From contig JAAYPA010000011.1 of assembly GCA_012520055.1 (NCBI GenBank), forward strand, positions 1 to 40,704: DNA of 40,704 bases, given 5' to 3'. Shown here in pieces: positions 35,925-40,704 of this stretch (within the stretch, counting starts at the first letter, position 1; each line of letters starts with the position of its first letter). Made by a program: the position numbers and the translations under genes. Source of the stretch: Mollicutes bacterium. Its GTDB lineage: Bacteria > Bacillota_I > Bacilli_A > RF39 > UBA660. The notes below the pieces were generated by a model. It did not search any database and had not been told where the DNA came from. It saw only the letters and a program-made list of their open reading frames with translations.

Positions 35925-36479
35925 ATGGATTTCCGTGAAGTAACTGAATTTATTAAAGATTTCTTTGGTTATATTTTATTTGTAGGGGCACTGATTATTT
36001 TATTTGTATTCGTTATAGCTATTCAACCGGTAGCGGGAAATTCTATGCATCCAACTTTAAAAGAAGGCGAAATGGTTATTGTATCCAAATTATTTTATAA
36101 TATGGGAAAACCTCAAAGAAATGATATTGTTAATGTCGTTGATGATAAAGGCAAATCATATGTTAAAAGAATTATTGGTTTACCTGGAGAAAAAATAGAT
36201 TATAAGAATAATGTTTTGTATATCAATAATATATCTTATGAAGAAACTTATCTGCCGGAAGAAATTATAACCAGAAATTTCTTGTTTGAAGATTTTTGTT
36301 CATTAGAAGATTGTCCTAACGGAGTAATACCTGAAGGAAAGTATTTAGTATTGGGAGACAATCGTGGTGAATCTGAAGATAGCAGAAGTCCGGAATTTGG
36401 CTTAAGAAAAGAAGAAGATATTAAAGGAAAAATAGTATTTAAAATTTGGCCGATAAAAGAATTTGGAAGAATAAATTAA
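35925..36479 (+). CDS. lepB: Signal peptidase I
   Basis: GNSMHPTL (catalytic Ser), YVKRIIGLPGE (Lys), GDNRGESEDSR. Confidence 0.92.
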   Translation: MDFREVTEFIKDFFGYILFVGALIILFVFVIAIQPVAGNSMHPTLKEGEMVIVSKLFYNMGKPQRNDIVNVVDDKGKSYVKRIIGLPGEKIDYKNNVLYINNISYEETYLPEEIITRNFLFEDFCSLEDCPNGVIPEGKYLVLGDNRGESEDSRSPEFGLRKEEDIKGKIVFKIWPIKEFGRIN

Positions 36480-36497
36480 AGTTTATTCTTTTTTTTG
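36467..36497 (+). terminator. Intrinsic terminator of lepB
   Basis: AAGAATAAA ttaaag TTTATTCTT followed by a T-run. The stop codon is in the loop. Confidence 0.75.
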
Positions 36498-36565
36498 TCG
36501 AAGATTTTAAATATATACATATAATTATTTAGAATATTTAAATATGATAGGATATGGTAAAATTG

Positions 36566-36594
36566 TTGAATTTTGAAAATTTGTATATTATAAT
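36566..36594 (+). promoter_or_regulatory. Putative promoter of the surface-protein gene
   Basis: TTGAAT (36566-36571), 17 nt, TATAAT (36589-36594). Confidence 0.6.
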
Positions 36595-36637
36595 GAGCAT
36601 AATGTTAATATTAATTTAAACATTTAGGGAGGGTATT

Positions 36638-39607
36638 ATGTTTAAAAGAAAAAGGTTAATCATTGCTATATTATTCCTAATTATATTGTTTATTATGACA
36701 ATGTATGCAGGTTCACCTAGACAAAAAGAAACGATTGCAACAAGAACAGTGAAGTTCATAGATAGCTTCAACAATAGTCAAATATCTATGCAAGAAGTCG
36801 AAATAGGAAAGGCGGCTTCAGTACCGGATGCTCCTAAATACACAAATTATGTATTTATCGGCTGGTATGAAGGTGATTCTAAAATTACTGATTTTACTAA
36901 TATTATTAAAGATTTAACTGTATATACCAAATATGCAGATGATATTAATAATAATGGTATAGCAGATAATGAAGACGCTACTTATGATGTAACATTCTAT
37001 GATACACTTGGCAGAAGAAATATTAGTACCATTAAAGTACTAGTAGGTTTAAATGCGGCTGTTCCTAGAGTTCCGACTCATATAGGATATGTCTTTACTG
37101 GTTGGTCTCGCAGCTTTACAAACATCAGAGAAAGTCTTACTGTAAATGCATTATTTTCACCTGATACTAATCGAAATAATGTTGCTGATGAAAAAGATGC
37201 TCGTTATACAGTATCTTTCACTACAAAGGGAAATGGTGTTTTAACCGGTGAAACTGAATTTAAAAACTTATTAACCGGCTTAAATTTCTATGAATTAGTA
37301 ACTATTCCTAAACATGAAGCAGGAAAAGGTTATACTTTCATGGGCTGGGAACCGTCATTACCTGAAAAAGATGGTAAAATAACAAGTAATGTTACTTATA
37401 CTGCCGTATTTGAAGATACTACACCGCCAGAAGTAACATCTATTAAGTATTCAAATGATGGTAAAGTAACTAATGAAGATATTAAAGTTACAATAACTAC
37501 TAATGAAGAAATTAAAACTCCAGCTGGATGGACAAGAGTTAGCACAATAGAATTTACTAAGCCTTATGCTCAAAATACTACTGAAACATTTAAAGTAGAA
37601 GATTTAGCTGGTAATAAATCTAAGGATATCAAAATAATTGTAACAGGCATTGATAAAAATGATCCTGAAGTAGAATTAAATATGAACATGTATAATCCAA
37701 AGTCATTTAGTATCAGTGCTAAAGAAGATAAAGTAGATGATTCTGGATTAAAAAGAGTAGATTATACTTTAAATAAAGGTGAAAGTAGTTTAGGTACTTG
37801 GGGTAAAGATTTATCAGGTAATAAATACGAGAATTTAAGAATAAAAAGTTATCGTAATGATAAAAACAAAACTAAATATTTAATTAGTCTAAGAGATGGT
37901 AATTATTCATTAAATGCTACTGTCAAGGATAAAGCAGGAAATGATACAGAAAAAACCATTGAGTTTATTGTGGATCATACAAACCCAATAGTTAAAGTAA
38001 AATACAATAACGAATATTTATTTAGCGGATCTTATATTAATAATGAAGAAATTATGCCTAAAGTTGAAGTAGTAGATGCTAATTTTGACAAATTTATAGT
38101 CTACAATCATAAAAATAGAGTTATATTTACTTCAGAAGAAAATAATATAGAGATTCAGGATTTAGCTGTTGGATCTTATAAAATCAAAGCTATAGATAAA
38201 GCAGGCAATGATTCTAAATTATTCTATATTAATATCGATAATACTGATCCTGATGCAGAAATTTTTCTAAAAGTTGATAGAAGAATTTATACTGAAGATA
38301 ATAAAGTATTTGAAGAACATGTTAATGTAACAGGTAAAGTATCAAATGAAAAGGATATCAGAAGTCATAATTTTGAAATTATTAATCCAGATAATACAAA
38401 GTATGAAATAAATAAAAATCACACTGATAAAAAATCATATTCATTTGATTTAAATACATCAAAAGGTTCAGGAAAATATCAAATTATTTATACTGCTACT
38501 GATAAAGCAGGAAATAGCAGTAGTGATACTATTATTTTATATATAGATAAAAATGCTCCAACAATTGAAAATGTTGAAGTTACAGATTATAATCACCAAG
38601 ATGAAAATAACAACTATTATGGTAATAGTTCAATTAATGTTAAGATAACAGCTGATGATAATTATAGTGACACATTATCTTATAAATGTGGTAACGATTC
38701 ATGGACTGAAAGTAATGAGTGTACAGTTACTGCTTCAAATGGCGTTTATTCAATCAGAGTAAAAGATGAAGTGGGTAACACTACACAAACTTCATTAAAT
38801 ATTTATATTAATAAAGAACTTCCTAGCATAGATTTTGTTACAACAAATGACGCATCTTATAATGGTGATTATGCCAAAACATTAAAACCTATTTATATTA
38901 ATAGTAATAAAGCTGATAAACTATTATTATCAAAATATAAATGGTCAAATCAAAGTGAATATCAATCATTTAATATTAATAACGCTATATCATCTCCAAC
39001 TAGTGATGGTACATATACTTTAACTATTATGTTAGAAGATTGGTATGGTAATACAAATACTATAACAAGTAATGAATTTACTATTGATAATAAATTACCA
39101 TTAGTAACAAATAAAAGTTATGGTCCTAATAAATCAACTACAGGTAATGTTACTGTTACAATTACTTTTGATGAAGATGTTGAAGTAGAAAATAGTGATT
39201 GGAGTAAAAAAGATAATGATTCAAAAGTATGGTACAAGACTTATAGTGCCAATGCTACTGAATCTGTAATATATAAAGATAGAGCTAACAACTATGGTAA
39301 TAATAAGCTTATAAAAGTTGAAAATATTATTACATATAACGTTAAATATCAAGAAGTAAAAATTCCTTTCGTAAAATATATTACTGCAACTGTAACATTC
39401 AATCATTATGTTCGTCCAGATTATTATTTAGCATTATTTAGTGACTGGCAAATATCTACTGATAATAATGACTGTAAAATAGTATATTTAAAACATTATT
39501 GTAAAAAATGGACTAGAAAATATTATGATAATATTACTGAATATCCTATATTCCACACTTTAGATAATGCTGTAATTAATCCCACAGTTGAAATAAAAGG
39601 ATTATAA
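36638..39607 (+). CDS. Large N-terminally anchored surface protein: Listeria-Bacteroides-type repeats plus tandem Ig-like modules
   Basis: 989 aa. N-terminal TM. Three or four repeats ending Y(V/T)F(I/T/M)GW (RTVKF...YVFIGWY, YDVTF...YVFTGWS, YTVSF...YTFMGWE). About seven further modules each open with D-x-x-x-P-x-[VI] and contain D(K/L)AGN-like motifs. No LPXTG. Confidence 0.85.
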   Translation: MFKRKRLIIAILFLIILFIMTMYAGSPRQKETIATRTVKFIDSFNNSQISMQEVEIGKAASVPDAPKYTNYVFIGWYEGDSKITDFTNIIKDLTVYTKYADDINNNGIADNEDATYDVTFYDTLGRRNISTIKVLVGLNAAVPRVPTHIGYVFTGWSRSFTNIRESLTVNALFSPDTNRNNVADEKDARYTVSFTTKGNGVLTGETEFKNLLTGLNFYELVTIPKHEAGKGYTFMGWEPSLPEKDGKITSNVTYTAVFEDTTPPEVTSIKYSNDGKVTNEDIKVTITTNEEIKTPAGWTRVSTIEFTKPYAQNTTETFKVEDLAGNKSKDIKIIVTGIDKNDPEVELNMNMYNPKSFSISAKEDKVDDSGLKRVDYTLNKGESSLGTWGKDLSGNKYENLRIKSYRNDKNKTKYLISLRDGNYSLNATVKDKAGNDTEKTIEFIVDHTNPIVKVKYNNEYLFSGSYINNEEIMPKVEVVDANFDKFIVYNHKNRVIFTSEENNIEIQDLAVGSYKIKAIDKAGNDSKLFYINIDNTDPDAEIFLKVDRRIYTEDNKVFEEHVNVTGKVSNEKDIRSHNFEIINPDNTKYEINKNHTDKKSYSFDLNTSKGSGKYQIIYTATDKAGNSSSDTIILYIDKNAPTIENVEVTDYNHQDENNNYYGNSSINVKITADDNYSDTLSYKCGNDSWTESNECTVTASNGVYSIRVKDEVGNTTQTSLNIYINKELPSIDFVTTNDASYNGDYAKTLKPIYINSNKADKLLLSKYKWSNQSEYQSFNINNAISSPTSDGTYTLTIMLEDWYGNTNTITSNEFTIDNKLPLVTNKSYGPNKSTTGNVTVTITFDEDVEVENSDWSKKDNDSKVWYKTYSANATESVIYKDRANNYGNNKLIKVENIITYNVKYQEVKIPFVKYITATVTFNHYVRPDYYLALFSDWQISTDNNDCKIVYLKHYCKKWTRKYYDNITEYPIFHTLDNAVINPTVEIKGL

Positions 39608-39628
39608 TTATCCTTACTAGAAATATAA

Positions 39629-39661
39629 AAAATAAAACTCAATACTTGAGTTTTATTTTTT
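39629..39661 (+). terminator. Intrinsic terminator of the surface-protein gene
   Basis: AAAATAAAACTCAA tac TTGAGTTTTATTTT followed by further Ts. Confidence 0.8.
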
Positions 39662-39719
39662 ATATTAATGTAGACATTTTAAAGAAGTATGCTAAAATAA
39701 AATATAGGAAGTGGTAGTA

Positions 39720-40172
39720 ATGGCTTATTTAAAATATAAAGAAGTTACCAAATATTTTTATTTTTCTAAAGTGGTGTCATATAAAGATTTACCTCAATAT
39801 GTAACTGATTATATTTTTGAAGATGAAATTATCCTTTGTGGTTATAAAACTGCAAGAGACTATGGAGTGTTTACAACTAAAAAAATAGTTTTATTTGATA
39901 ACACAAGTACTTTGGGAATGTCTAAACATATCTATACGATTCCTTATAAAACTATTTCAGCTTTATCTATCATATATAAACAAGGCGGTGCGGAGTTGTC
40001 ATTATTTTTAGATAGTGGTTATCCGGTCAGAATTAAATTCAGAAATATGACTAATATTGATAAAAAACGTGTTAGATTAATCTATTCACTTATTTCTAAA
40101 GTAGTAAATGATCAAAAAATTACTAATGAAGAAATCAAAGTGATTCAAGAAAATGATATTAATTTTAAATAA
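39720..40172 (+). CDS. Bacterial PH-domain (YokE-like) protein
   Basis: Start set at the ATG at 39720 (AGGAAGTGG upstream). DYGVFTTKKIVLFD...IYTIPYKTISALSI resembles bPH-domain proteins. Confidence 0.55.
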   Translation: MAYLKYKEVTKYFYFSKVVSYKDLPQYVTDYIFEDEIILCGYKTARDYGVFTTKKIVLFDNTSTLGMSKHIYTIPYKTISALSIIYKQGGAELSLFLDSGYPVRIKFRNMTNIDKKRVRLIYSLISKVVNDQKITNEEIKVIQENDINFK

Positions 40173-40197
40173 TTAATATATAGTATTGGGAGGTATT

Positions 40198-40515
40198 ATG
40201 GTAAAACAAATCAAGAAAAATGAAAATGAGGAAGATTTTGCTGATTTAAAAGAAAGTAACAAAAAAGTAGTAATTAAGAAAATAGTCAATATTGCATTAT
40301 GGGTTATATTATTTATTTTGATAGCTTTTTGTGTAACCGATTTTATTTTAGTAAAAACTGATAACAAACCGGTATTTTGTGCTTTTAACAAAGTAAAAGA
40401 ATTTGAAGATGGTAAGGTATCATCTTGCTACGGATTAGGTTATAAAGTTATTAATTATAATCGTGAAAGTATGTCGGGGTTAGTTTTTTCTCCGGTATGG
40501 AAAAAAGTTAAATAA
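40198..40515 (+). CDS. Hypothetical membrane-anchored protein
   Basis: ATG at 40198 with a GGGAGG RBS and one TM. No family recognised. Confidence 0.5.
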   Translation: MVKQIKKNENEEDFADLKESNKKVVIKKIVNIALWVILFILIAFCVTDFILVKTDNKPVFCAFNKVKEFEDGKVSSCYGLGYKVINYNRESMSGLVFSPVWKKVK

Positions 40516-40529
40516 AAACACATTAGGGT

Positions 40530-40558
40530 ATTGTCAAAAGAGCCGATATTTGCTACAA
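40530..40558 (+). promoter_or_regulatory. Putative tRNA-Met promoter
   Basis: TTGTCA (40530-40535), 17 nt, extended -10 TGcTACAAT (40550-40558). Confidence 0.6.
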
Positions 40559-40578
40559 TTTACTTGACTCTTTTTTAT

Positions 40579-40655
40579 GGCGGTGTAGCTCAGTTGGCTA
40601 GAGCATCCGGTTCATACCCGGCAGGTCGGGAGTTCAAATCTCTCCGCCGCTACCA
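40579..40655 (+). tRNA. tRNA-Met (anticodon CAU, elongator-like), CCA encoded
   Basis: GGCGGTGTAGCTCAGTTGGCTAGAGCATCCGGTTCATACCCGGCAGGTCGGGAGTTCAAATCTCTCCGCCGCTACCA. Loop TT-CAT-AC, with no initiator-type GGG/CCC anticodon stem. Confidence 0.9.
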
Positions 40656-40666
40656 AATAGAATTGA

Positions 40667-40695
40667 AACTTGATATGAAGATATCAAGTTTTTTG
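40667..40695 (+). terminator. Intrinsic terminator of tRNA-Met
   Basis: AACTTGATAT gaag ATATCAAGTT followed by TTTTT. Confidence 0.8.
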
Positions 40696-40704
40696 TTATA
40701 ATAA

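Overview
This is a 40.7-kb, very AT-rich chromosome segment of Firmicutes type, roughly 25-30% G+C by eye. It uses the standard genetic code: TGA ends rnc, obg and the PfkB-like gene, and Trp is TGG. SpoIIP-like and SirA/YneF-like genes suggest a spore-forming lineage.

Most of the window is housekeeping:
- a heterodimeric ABC exporter pair
- a short dcw cluster (mraZ-rsmH-ftsL-class B PBP) with a clear MraZ operator
- yidD, rnc-smc, an SDR, a CYTH protein, spoIIP, a GNAT, an ATP-grasp protein and helD
- a PfkB-like gene coupled to an Smr gene, obg, yceD-rpmF and lepB
- a 989-aa repeat-rich surface protein
- six single tRNA genes (Glu, Ile, Lys, Ser, Arg, Met), most with recognisable promoters and terminators

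Three parts look accessory:
1. A 1.3-kb single-gene cassette at 2276-3600 is bracketed by a perfect 20-bp direct repeat. It encodes an orphan protein with a PD-(D/E)xK-like nuclease motif.
2. A degenerate integrative or prophage-like element lies at about 8.1-13.5 kb. It carries an XhlA/holin/M23-endolysin lysis cassette and a frameshifted large serine recombinase. Between them is a roughly 360-bp, GC-enriched array of at least 10 different perfect inverted repeats (10781-11135) that no gene explains. I rate this array the most unusual signal in the window.
3. A tRNA-punctuated variable region at 13.5-17.8 kb holds orphan genes, a frameshifted gene and a gene with an in-frame TAG.

I saw no CRISPR array, rRNA, IS transposase, reverse transcriptase or recognisable multi-gene defence system. 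All functional calls come from motifs read by eye; no database search was run.
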